Shown in pieces: positions 1-10,077 of a stretch of 64,000 nt of DNA (the first letter of the stretch is position 1; every line of letters begins with the position of its first letter). The notes beneath the pieces are model-generated. The model saw only the letters and a list, made by a program, of their open reading frames with translations, searched no databases and had not been told where the DNA came from. The DNA lies in assembly GCA_002499005.1 (NCBI GenBank), contig DAJU01000010.1, forward strand, positions 73,750 through 137,749. The letters are read 5' to 3'. Source of the DNA: Thaumarchaeota archaeon UBA164 (lineage in GTDB: Archaea; Thermoproteota; Nitrososphaeria; Conexivisphaerales; UBA164). A program made the position numbers and the translations under genes.

Positions 1-168
1 AGAATACGAGGGAAGCTAAAGAGGAGAATATGGATAAGGGATGGCGATCTGGTGCTTGTCGCACCGTGGCCATTTGACGATACAAAATGCGATATACTCT
101 GGAGGTACACTGTCGCGCAAGTTGACTGGCTAAGGGATAATGGATATCTGCCTGCCGGCTTTGTTTAA
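1..168 (+). CDS. eif1a: Translation initiation factor aIF-1A, 3' part (5' end outside window)
   Basis: Frame 1 translated by hand: [37 protein letters not shown]...GFV*, the eIF1A/aIF-1A signature; not in ORF track. Confidence 0.92.
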   Translation, partial: RIRGKLKRRIWIRDGDLVLVAPWPFDDTKCDILWRYTVAQVDWLRDNGYLPAGFV

Positions 169-241
169 AAACAGGTTTGCGGTTGCCGCTTAAAATTTTC
201 ATAAAGTTCATTAACCGCAAAATCTAACAATTAATGCATTT

Positions 242-1411
242 ATGCCAGCGGAATTCAAAAACAGGATAACCCTTGAAGAGGCGTTGCAGCTTTTAAATGC
301 GCTTAAGGGGTCAGTGGCGCCCTTGGCGCTTCAACCTGAAAAAGCGATAGGCCTTTTCTGCGCTGAAGACGTCAAGTGCAAATCCAGCGTTCCGCCTTTT
401 CCGGTCAGCATGGTTGACGGCTATGCTGTGTCAGCTACTGATAGAAATAGATTTCTTGTTGTGCATTCATTGGGTCCTGGCGAGATGGGACCTAGTGATT
501 TGCCGTTGGACAACGCGTTAAAGGTCAGCACCGGCTCGTATCTTCCAAAAAACGTGTGCTGCGTTGTGCCTCTAGAGAACTCTAGGGCTGATGGCGACTA
601 CGTTATAGTAGATTCATTTCCACCCGAGACAAACATAATGCCCGCAGGATTTGACTGCAATCGGAATGAAGTTGTATGTAGTGCAGGCGAAAGGATAACC
701 CATAAAAAGGCTTTCTTCTTAAAATGGATTGGGGTTCAGGTAGTAAAGGTGCTGCCAAAGCCCCGTGTCAGCATTATATCAGTCGGAAGCGAGCTTGTAA
801 GCGGCGAAGTCCCAAACACAAACTATATGGTTCTTTCTGGAATAATAGAAGACCTTGGCGCGTCGCCAAGTGTTGCGCAACCTGTTCCTGATGACATAAG
901 GGCCATAGCTGAGGCCATTTTATCAGCTCTAAAAGACAGCGATGCTGTAGTCACATCCGGCGGCTCAAGCGTAGGTGAAAGAGACCTTGTCGTTGATGCT
1001 GTTAAGCTGCTTAATGGCACGGTTCTGTTTCACGGGCTAAAGCTCAGACCGGGAAGAACTGGAGGCGTTGCGGTAATAGATGGAAAGCCGTTGATAATCA
1101 CATCTGGCAACATACAAGCCTCTGTAATAGAAACAATGCTGCTGTTGAGCAAGTCCCTTGAAGCAATGGGCTACCCAACCAGCATTAAAAGAACATATGC
1201 GCGCATTGACAATGACATAAAAGTAAATGGACCTGATGACTTCGGCTATGTTATCTGGGTAAAGCTTTACAACATACAAAACGAGCTTTTTGCAAGGACA
1301 ATTGAAGCCATGAGCACTTCAAGAAGGGTTGTTGAACGGGCAGACGGTTTTGTTATCATAAAAGGAAACTACATAAAGAAGAACTCTATTGTGGAAGTTT
1401 TTCTCTTATAA
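242..1411 (+). CDS. moeA: Molybdopterin molybdotransferase MoeA
   Basis: PPFPVSMVDGYAV, SVGSEL, TSGGSSVGERD, LRPGR motifs; 389 aa. Confidence 0.9.
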   Translation: MPAEFKNRITLEEALQLLNALKGSVAPLALQPEKAIGLFCAEDVKCKSSVPPFPVSMVDGYAVSATDRNRFLVVHSLGPGEMGPSDLPLDNALKVSTGSYLPKNVCCVVPLENSRADGDYVIVDSFPPETNIMPAGFDCNRNEVVCSAGERITHKKAFFLKWIGVQVVKVLPKPRVSIISVGSELVSGEVPNTNYMVLSGIIEDLGASPSVAQPVPDDIRAIAEAILSALKDSDAVVTSGGSSVGERDLVVDAVKLLNGTVLFHGLKLRPGRTGGVAVIDGKPLIITSGNIQASVIETMLLLSKSLEAMGYPTSIKRTYARIDNDIKVNGPDDFGYVIWVKLYNIQNELFARTIEAMSTSRRVVERADGFVIIKGNYIKKNSIVEVFLL

Positions 1412-2515
1412 AATTCCTAGCTGGGAAAAGGTCAGCACCTTAAGGCCTTCAGGCACGTTAATGCCTTCTGCGATTTTATATGCTATAACACATTCGTAAC
1501 CTGCCTTGCTTGCTGCGTCAACAAGTCGTTGGGTTGCTATGCCATCAAGCATCACGCACTTGCCGTTTACCTTATCCAAGTTCTGTAACAGCTCGCTTAC
1601 TGGAAGCCTAGCGAGCTCTTTCTGCTCCCCATCAAGTATAACTGCTTCAAGCGTCTCCTTAAGCCCCGCGTAGATCTCCTTTGCCTTTTCAACAACGCTT
1701 TCCTCGAGAAGCGCTGGACCTGCTGACTTGCCTTCCAGTATCCCCCTTATCTCCTCTGGCGTAAGCTCCTCGACCTCCTTGCCTGGAGGAGCCCTGTAGA
1801 TTGGTATATCCCCTATTACTTGCTTTATTTCCATCTGTATAAGGTCGCCTCCCCTGTCGCCGTCAAGGAACGCTATCATCTTTTTCTTTCCCTTCAGCGC
1901 CTTGACCGTTTCCGGTATCTTAACCCCATTAACCGCAAGCGCGTTGTTATAACCCGCTCGCTGCAGGTTTATTACGTCGGCCCTGCCCTCAACCAGTATT
2001 ATTTCGTTTGACGTTTCAACTTCGGGACCAGCTGGAAGCTTGTCTGGACCATACTCTATGACGTTTACCGGCCTCAAAACGCTGTATATTTCGCTTTCGA
2101 CCTTTTCCCGTTCACTTGATGATTTTATGTACCACTCCTTCAGGATCTCCTTTGCCCTTTCAATTATTTGCTTCCTCTTTGACTCCCTTACGTCCTCTAT
2201 AGATTCAAGCTGTATCTTTGCGTTGCACGGTCCTACCTTTTCCACGCTTTCAACCATGGCCGCTATTAACGCGGTTGTCACTATATCTGTCGATGACGGT
2301 ATTATTATCTCCCCAAATGAAGTGTCATTCTTTGTCTGCATGTTTATCTCTATCCGGCCTATCTTCCAGTTTTTCTGAAGCTCGTTAAGGTTCAGCTCTG
2401 CGCCAAAAAGCCCTTCAGTCTGGCCAAATATGGCGCCTATGATGTCCGCCTTTTCTACTATACCCTCTATTGTGAATTTTAACTTAATTAGATACTTTGT
2501 TGTTGAATCCGGCAA
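1406..2515 (-). CDS. dnaG: Archaeal DnaG (exosome-associated primase-like TOPRIM protein)
   Basis: DIIGAIFGQTEGL, IILVEGRADV, FLDGDRGG TOPRIM motifs. Confidence 0.95.
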   Translation of the reverse strand: MPDSTTKYLIKLKFTIEGIVEKADIIGAIFGQTEGLFGAELNLNELQKNWKIGRIEINMQTKNDTSFGEIIIPSSTDIVTTALIAAMVESVEKVGPCNAKIQLESIEDVRESKRKQIIERAKEILKEWYIKSSSEREKVESEIYSVLRPVNVIEYGPDKLPAGPEVETSNEIILVEGRADVINLQRAGYNNALAVNGVKIPETVKALKGKKKMIAFLDGDRGGDLIQMEIKQVIGDIPIYRAPPGKEVEELTPEEIRGILEGKSAGPALLEESVVEKAKEIYAGLKETLEAVILDGEQKELARLPVSELLQNLDKVNGKCVMLDGIATQRLVDAASKAGYECVIAYKIAEGINVPEGLKVLTFSQLGIL

Positions 2516-2634
2516 TTAACATCACTACCTAAAGAGCGAACGTCCTTTTTAAAAACGTTTTTAATAATATTGCTCATTGGCGCTTCCTCCCTGGACATGG
2601 ATAAGCGTTTTGTTCATGTCCTGTATGACAGATT

Positions 2635-3981
2635 TCACTGTTTGAGAACCTCCACTTTTTCGCCTGCTGTCTTGAGCCTTTCCCAGTAGTTCCCTACCAT
2701 CTCGAGCGCCTTTTTATTTACCTTCTCTAGGTCCACCGTGGTTGGCACGCCTTTGCTGAGGACAACTCTGCCGTCAACAACTACTGTATCGACGTCTTTT
2801 GAGTTAACGCTGTTCACTAAGTAAGCGTATGCAGAACTCTCAGTTAACGGCGTTGGCCTTATTAAAGGCTTTATAACCACGACGTCGGCGTTCTTCCCGG
2901 GTTCTATGGAGCCAACATTCTCAAGGCCGTATGCCTTTGCCGCATTTACTGTTGCCATTTCAAGCACATCCAAAAAGCCCATTACCCTGGGGTCAAGCCT
3001 GTTCAGCTTGTGCATCAGATAGGCAGCCCGTATATTTTCAAATTCGTCAAATACATAACCGTCATTACCAAGTGAAACGTTTATCCCCATCCTCATCATT
3101 TCTGGAACTGGAGCTGTGCCAACTGCGTTAAGCATGTTGCTTAGCGGGTTGTGGGCAACGTTTGTGCCCGTTTCCCTGATAATACTTAGTTCGTCTTCGT
3201 TTACATTTACTGCGTGCGCCACAACGCTCCTTGGCCCCAGCGCGTTTAAATCCCTTAGCCTTTCAAACGTCCTTTTCCCATACCGCTCAAGGTTATGATA
3301 AAGGTCCCACTTGCCCTCAGAGGTATGTATCGTGAATGGAACGCCAAGCTTGTCGCGCTCCTCGACCGCCTTCTTTATCAAATCATCGGTAACGGTAAAC
3401 GATGCGTGAAGGCTTATCATTCCTCTTACCTTTGTCCCGCCCTTTTTTATGAACCGAATGTTTTCTTCAAGCCCCCTGTATCCTTCTTCAATGTTCCGCC
3501 TTTGTGTGGCTTCAAACGATATTATCCCCTTTATGCCTGCCTCCTTAACGCCCTTTTCTATATAATCAAGAACTCCGTCTATTGCATTGGGCCCGCTGAA
3601 CGTATCGGCGAACATTGTCACACCGCTTCTTAACATCTCAAGTGAGGCCGTTAAAGCGCTAATATATGCGTCATCTCTGTTCATCGTTTCGTCCATTGGC
3701 CACCATATCCTCTGCAGGTTTTGCGTGAAGTCACTCGGTGGAGATATCTTAAGCGGAGACCCCCTTAGAAGTATACCGTAAAGATGCGTATGTGAACATA
3801 TAAGCCCTGGAACAACGATTCCCCCTTCTGCATCTACAACGGTTTCGCCGCTTTCTTTTGACTCACCTTTTATAACGTCGACTATTTTGTCGTTTTCCAC
3901 TATAACATTCCCTTTAAAAACCTCTCTTTTCTTATTCATCGTCACGATTATGCCGTTTTTTACTACAAGGCTTCGGTTCAT
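2635..3981 (-). CDS. Amidohydrolase family deaminase (SsnA / MTA-SAH deaminase-like)
   Basis: PGLICSHTHLY, HTSEG, AHAV, GND metal-binding motifs. Confidence 0.85.
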   Translation of the reverse strand: MNRSLVVKNGIIVTMNKKREVFKGNVIVENDKIVDVIKGESKESGETVVDAEGGIVVPGLICSHTHLYGILLRGSPLKISPPSDFTQNLQRIWWPMDETMNRDDAYISALTASLEMLRSGVTMFADTFSGPNAIDGVLDYIEKGVKEAGIKGIISFEATQRRNIEEGYRGLEENIRFIKKGGTKVRGMISLHASFTVTDDLIKKAVEERDKLGVPFTIHTSEGKWDLYHNLERYGKRTFERLRDLNALGPRSVVAHAVNVNEDELSIIRETGTNVAHNPLSNMLNAVGTAPVPEMMRMGINVSLGNDGYVFDEFENIRAAYLMHKLNRLDPRVMGFLDVLEMATVNAAKAYGLENVGSIEPGKNADVVVIKPLIRPTPLTESSAYAYLVNSVNSKDVDTVVVDGRVVLSKGVPTTVDLEKVNKKALEMVGNYWERLKTAGEKVEVLKQ

Positions 3982-4065
3982 TGCTCCCTCAAGTTCATTT
4001 TTTGCCGCAGGTTAAATTCTTTTTTGCCGTTAAAGCACAAAATGCTTTATTCTGAAATTTTAGCA

Positions 4066-4139
4066 AGCCTCGGGCGGGATTTGAACCCGCGACCTTCGCC
4101 TTACCAAGGCGACGCTCTAACCAGCTGAGCTACCGAGGC
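4066..4139 (-). tRNA. tRNA-Thr(GGT), intronless, CCA not encoded
   Basis: Reverse complement GCCTCGGTAGCTCAGCTGGTTAGAGCGTCGCCTTGGTAAGGCGAAGGTCGCGGGTTCAAATCCCGCCCGAGGCT folds as a cloverleaf; anticodon loop TTGGTAA; T-loop GTTCAAATC. Confidence 0.96.
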
Positions 4140-6477
4140 TCAAGTTATGCATTGCGACAAGGTCTTTTGTGAATATGGATAATTCATCCGGTATTTTTAA
4201 GTTTATTGGGTCCTTTAGGCTGAGCCCCCTTTCCTTCTTTGCGTTCCAAACGCTGTGGTTAAACGCCACAAGCTTTTCAGTATAACCTGTCATATCCTGC
4301 ACCTTTGGTTCTGCATCAGGATATTTTTCTGCATGAACGTCTTTGTCGAAAATCATATTATATATATAATATGTTACAAACGGGATGTAAGGCGCTGAAA
4401 GCCTTAATATTATATCCAGCGAATGATAAAGCGTCCATAACGCCGACTTCCTCTCTGCTTCAGTAAAGCCTGGTGCCATATACAGCCTGGGCTTTACCAT
4501 CTCTATGTAGTGATCAGCGAACACAAACCACGTAAAATCCCTTATAAGCGTGAATGCCTTGTTGAACTGGTACTGATCATTTGCTGCTTTCACGTTATTT
4601 ATGAGCGAGTTTAGCTCTGAAGTTATCCAAACATCTGCGTTTGTTATAGGCCCTGACGCCTTTTCCCAGTTAAATGAACTTATAAACCTTGATATGTTAA
4701 GGAGCTTTGTAAGGAACTTAGATGCCGCCTCGAGCCTTGATGGCGAGAATTTAACATCGCCTGTGGTTATGTCGCCCTCTAAAAACGCCCATGCCCTGAA
4801 TGCTTCAGCGCCATATCTTTTTATCACGTCCATTGGATCAACGACATTCCCAAGGCTCTTGCTCATTTTTCTCCCACGCTCATCCACAACATGCATGTGT
4901 ATCCATACGTCCTTAAACGGTTCCTTGCCCAAGAACAGATAGGACTTGAGCAACGTGAAGTAAAGCCAGCTCCTGACTATTTCCTTTCCCTGAGGCCTTA
5001 GGCTTACAGGATAGCTCTTACTGAAAAATTCTCTGTCCCACAGGTATCCGGATATGTAAATTGGCGTATTGCTTGAATCAAACCAGGTGTCAAATATTCT
5101 TGTTTCACCAATGAACTCAGCGCCACCACATTTAGGGCACCTGTCTATGGGAGGCCTTTCCTTCCATGGGACATAATACCTGCCCTTAGGAGGCACGTAC
5201 ACATAACCGCAACTTTTACAGTACCATACAGGTATTTCTGTCCCATAATACCTTCTTCTTGAAATTACCCAATCATCAGTAAGCGATCCTATCCAGCTGT
5301 AAAGCAGCTGGGCGCTTTCCTTTGAATAAAAGCTCATCCTGCCAGCTAACTTTGCCAACTCTTCTTTAAATGCAACCTGTTTAAGGTACAGCTCCTTTCT
5401 AGGAATAAACTCTATAGGTGTTTTGCTTCTCCAGCATATTGGAGTTTCGTGCATTACATCCTCTTCCTTCACTAGCGCTCCTATGGCTTTCAGGTCATCA
5501 GCTATGGCCCTTCTGGCCTCCCTTACCTTCATCCCCCTGTACTTGCCCGCAAGGGGGTTCATCCTCCCGTCTTCATCTATCAAAAATACAGGATCTAGGC
5601 CAAGGTCCTTGAACACTATCATGTCACCTCTGTCACCAAAGCTGCATATCATAACCAGCCCAGTGCCGAAGTCAGGTTTAGCGTATGGGTGATCAACGAT
5701 TGGTATCTCGTTATTGTATATAGGGACTATTGCCTTTTCCCCCTTTAAGGCGGTATACCTTTCATCGCTGGGGTTATAAATTATAGCCTTGCAGGCTGCG
5801 AGCAGTTCAGGCCTTGTGGTGGCTACAACAACGTCCCCGCCTCTTTTTAAGGGGAACCTTATATAGTAAAGCTTAGTTCTTTCCTCTTCGTATTCAACTT
5901 CTGCATCAGAAAGTGAAATCCTGCAGTCCGGGCAGTAGTTTGACACCTTTTCACTTTCATATATAAGGCCCTTGTTGTACAGCTCTATAAAAGTCTCCTG
6001 GGTAAGCCTCCTGAATTCAGGGTCGTCTGTTTCATAAAGGCCTCCGAGTTCATAGGACTTCTCGTAGCTGTTAAAGCTTATCCCGAGTCGTTTAAAGCTT
6101 CTTTTTGTGGCATCGGAGTTCTTATCCAAAAGCTCCCTGCACTTGCCTATGAACTCCGCCCTTGGCGTGGTTCGCACGCTTATCTTGAACTCCTTTTCTG
6201 CCTGTACCTCTATTGGCAACCCATTTCTGTCAAGGCCAAGTGGAAACAAGACGCTGTGACCGGTCATCCGCTTATATCTTGCTATGGCGTCCATGTAAAC
6301 AAATGTAAACGCCTGCCCTATGTGGACTGGCGTGTTTACATACGGGGGAGGCGTGTCAATTATGTAAACCGGCCGATCATCCTTTACAAACCTGTACCAG
6401 CCTTTATCCTCCCATTCCTTTAATATTTCTTCCTCTACTTTAGGGTCCCATCTTGTTGAGATGCTCATGAAATTCAC
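4117..6477 (-). CDS. valS: Valine--tRNA ligase
   Basis: IDTPPPY..HIGQ (HIGH-like), DWVISRRRYYG, DTWFDSS, KMSKS class I motifs. Confidence 0.93.
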   Translation of the reverse strand: MNFMSISTRWDPKVEEEILKEWEDKGWYRFVKDDRPVYIIDTPPPYVNTPVHIGQAFTFVYMDAIARYKRMTGHSVLFPLGLDRNGLPIEVQAEKEFKISVRTTPRAEFIGKCRELLDKNSDATKRSFKRLGISFNSYEKSYELGGLYETDDPEFRRLTQETFIELYNKGLIYESEKVSNYCPDCRISLSDAEVEYEEERTKLYYIRFPLKRGGDVVVATTRPELLAACKAIIYNPSDERYTALKGEKAIVPIYNNEIPIVDHPYAKPDFGTGLVMICSFGDRGDMIVFKDLGLDPVFLIDEDGRMNPLAGKYRGMKVREARRAIADDLKAIGALVKEEDVMHETPICWRSKTPIEFIPRKELYLKQVAFKEELAKLAGRMSFYSKESAQLLYSWIGSLTDDWVISRRRYYGTEIPVWYCKSCGYVYVPPKGRYYVPWKERPPIDRCPKCGGAEFIGETRIFDTWFDSSNTPIYISGYLWDREFFSKSYPVSLRPQGKEIVRSWLYFTLLKSYLFLGKEPFKDVWIHMHVVDERGRKMSKSLGNVVDPMDVIKRYGAEAFRAWAFLEGDITTGDVKFSPSRLEAASKFLTKLLNISRFISSFNWEKASGPITNADVWITSELNSLINNVKAANDQYQFNKAFTLIRDFTWFVFADHYIEMVKPRLYMAPGFTEAERKSALWTLYHSLDIILRLSAPYIPFVTYYIYNMIFDKDVHAEKYPDAEPKVQDMTGYTEKLVAFNHSVWNAKKERGLSLKDPINLKIPDELSIFTKDLVAMHNLSLGSSAG

Positions 6478-7739
6478 CCCTGCTGTGTCCTATATCTGAG
6501 TATAACGCCTATCCCGCCAAAATTCTTAAACATTTGTCCTGACTCGGACTTTGATGATATTATCTCAAGCTTCGCGCCTATTGACGAAGCGAGGTCGGCC
6601 AAGTAATCTACAAGGTCAAAGTGCTTTACGTCCCAGTTTGTTTTGCCACATACAGGGCATGCTTCTTGCGCCATTGAGGCCTTGACTTCATAAAGCTTAG
6701 ATCCGTCAACAAACTTTTCGTTCACATATCCGCAAGACCTGCACGTTGCCTCTACCCTGAACGTGTTTATATCCTCAGAAACAAGTATTGTATCTGCATT
6801 GGCGGCCTTTATAGCTTTCAGCGATGGCTCAAGGCCGTAAACCGCAAGCCCGTCCTTTTTTGAGGCCTCCTGCAGAAATCTTTCAACAAGTCTTCTTTCT
6901 TCAACAAGCCTAAGGTTCTCTATAAGCTCCCCGCCACGTTCAAGCGTCTCCCTTATGCCCTCGGCCCCTGAATAGCCTGTGTCCACAAATCCTATGGTCA
7001 TCTTTTCAAGCCTGTAGTCAAGATACCCGCCTTTAAAGAAGTCCTCCTTTGCCATCCCAGGGCCACTTATTATAAGCGACTTTATGCTGTATTGATCTAT
7101 GAATATTCGCTTTGCATGCTCGGCGACCCTGTGAAAGTAGTCGTTTATCTCATTTTCGCGTATACGCTCAAACCTTCTGGCAGATTGGCCACCCTGCCTG
7201 TGCTTGCTCCCCACGCCACTGGTTATTACCTCTACAACTTCAACCCTGTCACCCATTATTATCCCAAAGCCCGCCTCAGACAGGTCAATTGAAATTACGC
7301 CTACAAGCGCCTCCTCCTTGACCATTTCCTCTAGTATGTCCAAGTGGAAGTGGTCGTCGCATCTGTAAAGGTACGTTGGCACAGGCTTTGGAGGATTTAT
7401 TTCGTAATAAACAAGCGTTTCATCAGCAGGGTTTTCCGGGGATGGCGTATAACCGCAAAACACAATAAACCCATTTTCGGGGAACTGTTTGTAAAGCTTG
7501 AGCTTTTGCATTATGTGCATGAGCGCGCCCTGCACGTGAGACCTGGTCTGGTCGCTTTTTATGTTTGATGCGGTGCCGTATTCATCCCTTAGCTGGTTTA
7601 TTACGTCATAAACAGGCCTCTTTGGAGGCACATAAAGGGTTACCAGCTCAGTCCCTCGGCCCCTTACGTTCTGGAGTTCCATAAGTAACCTCCTTATCCT
7701 ATAAAGTTCAAGGGAACTTTTTTCAGTCTCCAAAGACAT
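6474..7739 (-). CDS. prf1: Peptide chain release factor aRF1 with Zn-ribbon insert
   Basis: TASNIKS, YRCD, GGQS motifs; CxxC...CPVC insert in C domain. Confidence 0.96.
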   Translation of the reverse strand: MSLETEKSSLELYRIRRLLMELQNVRGRGTELVTLYVPPKRPVYDVINQLRDEYGTASNIKSDQTRSHVQGALMHIMQKLKLYKQFPENGFIVFCGYTPSPENPADETLVYYEINPPKPVPTYLYRCDDHFHLDILEEMVKEEALVGVISIDLSEAGFGIIMGDRVEVVEVITSGVGSKHRQGGQSARRFERIRENEINDYFHRVAEHAKRIFIDQYSIKSLIISGPGMAKEDFFKGGYLDYRLEKMTIGFVDTGYSGAEGIRETLERGGELIENLRLVEERRLVERFLQEASKKDGLAVYGLEPSLKAIKAANADTILVSEDINTFRVEATCRSCGYVNEKFVDGSKLYEVKASMAQEACPVCGKTNWDVKHFDLVDYLADLASSIGAKLEIISSKSESGQMFKNFGGIGVILRYRTQQG

Positions 7740-7801
7740 ATTAACGCCTCCAATTTTCGCCTGTTATTATAAAATCGTTTCCATAATTGTGCTCAGGCAT
7801 A

Positions 7802-8413
7802 TTATGAAGACCGTTTCACGCTTATGACCTGCTCAGTTGCCGGTAGAAAAAGCAGCCCCTCATCTTTATCGCCAAGCCCAACTGCCCTTCCTTTCAAATA
7901 CTCAATGCCAAGATAGGCTATCGTTGCCGCATCAGCTTCATGGGGACTTTCAGGAAAACATCCCTTAAGGCCAAGCACCAGCTTTAGGTCGTTTAAGAGC
8001 ATGCCCAACTCCTTGTTTCTGTGCATCCCAAGCAGATCCTGTACCCCACCTGGGTATGATTCAAACACAGAAAATCCGAGCCTGCTGAGCGCGTCCTTGA
8101 TCTTAATTCCCCTTTTGGTAAGGTCTCTCATAGGCCCTAGAGTTATTGGAAAGAACCTTATGCCAAGCTGCCTGAGCTGTAGATCGCACTTCCTGAAGTG
8201 GGGGCCACCTTTATCGTCTATGCTACTTCTGCCACGGGGAATTGAAAGCGGCGCATCTATAAGTATTACATCTGGCATTATCAGCTTTGCGACCATGATT
8301 ATTTCATTATCAGAAAAAACTGTAAATGAAACACAGTTAAGGTTTTCATCAACAGTTGCGATGCCTGTTTGATTTTTTTCAAACGCCGCTAGGTCAATCC
8401 CCATCGCTATCAT
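7802..8413 (-). CDS. DUF429 family RNase H-fold predicted nuclease
   Basis: GIDLA, IDAPLS, RxCD, ESYP, HEADA motifs. Confidence 0.75.
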   Translation of the reverse strand: MIAMGIDLAAFEKNQTGIATVDENLNCVSFTVFSDNEIIMVAKLIMPDVILIDAPLSIPRGRSSIDDKGGPHFRKCDLQLRQLGIRFFPITLGPMRDLTKRGIKIKDALSRLGFSVFESYPGGVQDLLGMHRNKELGMLLNDLKLVLGLKGCFPESPHEADAATIAYLGIEYLKGRAVGLGDKDEGLLFLPATEQVISVKRSS

Positions 8414-8966
8414 TATGGGCCCACCTGGGGTACATTGAGTTGCCTACGCCGGCCGCCTCTAGTGCCCTGCCAACTATGAAGTTTATCATGTCATTGATGT
8501 CGTTTACCCTTCCGTAAAACCCAGGTGAAGCCGGCATCACGATCCCGCCAGCCTCTGAAACGCTTAGCATGTTACGTATATGAATTGTTGAAAGCGGGGC
8601 CTCGCGAATTACCAGCACAAGCCGTCTTCTTTCCTTAAGCTGTACAAGCGCTGCCCTTGTTATCACGTTTTCCTCTATGCCACCGGCTATAAGGCCAAGG
8701 GTTTTCATGCTACACGGTATTATCACCATTGAGTCAAAGACGTTTGAGCCGCTTGCCATCGGGGCATCCCAATCGTTTTCCGAGTAAAGCCTTGTCCCCA
8801 AAGCCTTTAACTCATTTAAAAATCCGGGGAACTCATACTTTGCGGTCTCAACTGCGCCGTTTGAATAAATTACATGCACTTCGTGGCCAAGGGCCTTTGC
8901 GGCCTCCGCCGATCTTAGCCCAAGGACAACGCCGCTTGCACCAGTTATGCCTATTATAACCTTCAT
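8394..8966 (-). CDS. ubiX: Flavin prenyltransferase UbiX
   Basis: GITGASG, ASGS, PCSMKTL, LKERR, REAP, PASPGFY. Confidence 0.93.
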   Translation of the reverse strand: MKVIIGITGASGVVLGLRSAEAAKALGHEVHVIYSNGAVETAKYEFPGFLNELKALGTRLYSENDWDAPMASGSNVFDSMVIIPCSMKTLGLIAGGIEENVITRAALVQLKERRRLVLVIREAPLSTIHIRNMLSVSEAGGIVMPASPGFYGRVNDINDMINFIVGRALEAAGVGNSMYPRWAHNDSDGD

Positions 8967-9097
8967 CCAGTGCCTTTTATGTTTCGGCCGTTTAAGGCCT
9001 TTTCCCGTCTATTTTTGACAACCTAGTGCTAAGTAGATTAACCAGCCTTATATGTATCACGTGTACATAAATCAATAGCGACTGCGGCCGCTAACGA

Positions 9098-9331
9098 TTA
9101 CTTAAAAAAGTAGCTTACGACCAAGAGTATTACAAGCATCGCTATAAAGACGCCGTAAATGACCCATAACGTGTTTTTTTCCTTTTTCTGTTGATTCAGA
9201 TCCTTGTCCCTGCACTCCTTGCTGCAATATATTTGGCCTTCAGGTATCGCCTTTCCGCAGACCTTGCAATGTGAATGAGGGGGTATGTAGAAATCCTTTG
9301 GATCCTTCTTTTTCTTTTCGCTTGTGCTCAA
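9098..9331 (-). CDS. DUF2116 Zn-ribbon membrane protein
   Basis: HSHCKVCGKAIP...CSKEC plus C-terminal TM helix; directly downstream of pyrH. Confidence 0.8.
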   Translation of the reverse strand: MSTSEKKKKDPKDFYIPPHSHCKVCGKAIPEGQIYCSKECRDKDLNQQKKEKNTLWVIYGVFIAMLVILLVVSYFFK

Positions 9332-9996
9332 GTTATAATCCTTGTTCCTAGGACTTCCCCATATAAGGCTTTCCTAATAACTGCAGGGTCATGCCCGACT
9401 ATCACAGTGTTGATCTTCGACCTCTCTATTATGTTAAGGGCCACTTGGTCCATGAGTTCATAAGTGCCAGCTATGTACGAAGACTTGAGCAGCTCCCTCA
9501 GCCTTGGCACCGTTATCTCCTTTATCAGCTTGGCATCGCCATACACCTCCGGGTTTTTGTCGTACACGCCGCCTGCCTTTGTAGCGTTTACGAACACATC
9601 TGCCTGAAGAAATTCGGCCAGCACAGCCGCCACCGCATTTGTGCTCTGGCCAGGCAGCATCCCTCCTGCCACTGGTATGAGCCCTTCGCTCCAGGCCTCC
9701 CACGCCTCTTCGGGCTTCTCAACAACTTTATAGTAACCCGCGTCCCCAAGGGCCCAGTTAAGCAAGCTTGCGTTTGTGCGGGTAACCATAATGCCTATGA
9801 GATCAAGCTTGGACTCGTTAAGGCCTAGCCCGCGGCCAATCTCTATGTATTCCCTTGAAATAGGCCCCCCACCAACAACTACAGCTATCGTGTAGCCTTT
9901 TTTTCTCTCCTCTTTCAGCATCGACGAAATAGCGCCTATTCTTTCCGCCTTGTTTTTAGCAAACACATCGCCACTAACCTTAAGAACCGCCTTCAA
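9328..9996 (-). CDS. pyrH: UMP kinase
   Basis: VLKVSG, VVGGG..SREYI, PGQSTNAVAA, GVYDKNP. Confidence 0.93.
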   Translation of the reverse strand: MKAVLKVSGDVFAKNKAERIGAISSMLKEERKKGYTIAVVVGGGPISREYIEIGRGLGLNESKLDLIGIMVTRTNASLLNWALGDAGYYKVVEKPEEAWEAWSEGLIPVAGGMLPGQSTNAVAAVLAEFLQADVFVNATKAGGVYDKNPEVYGDAKLIKEITVPRLRELLKSSYIAGTYELMDQVALNIIERSKINTVIVGHDPAVIRKALYGEVLGTRIIT

Positions 9997-10077
9997 CCTC
10001 CATTGCTACTTGTACAATGCTTTTTATAGCCATTACGCATTTAAATGCAAAATAAGGGCAGTGCCTGATGCTAACGT

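Noticed and set aside
2593..2621. GGACATG/CATGTCC hairpin after the amidohydrolase
   Set aside because: Short single stem, plausibly a 3' end structure; insufficient support to call
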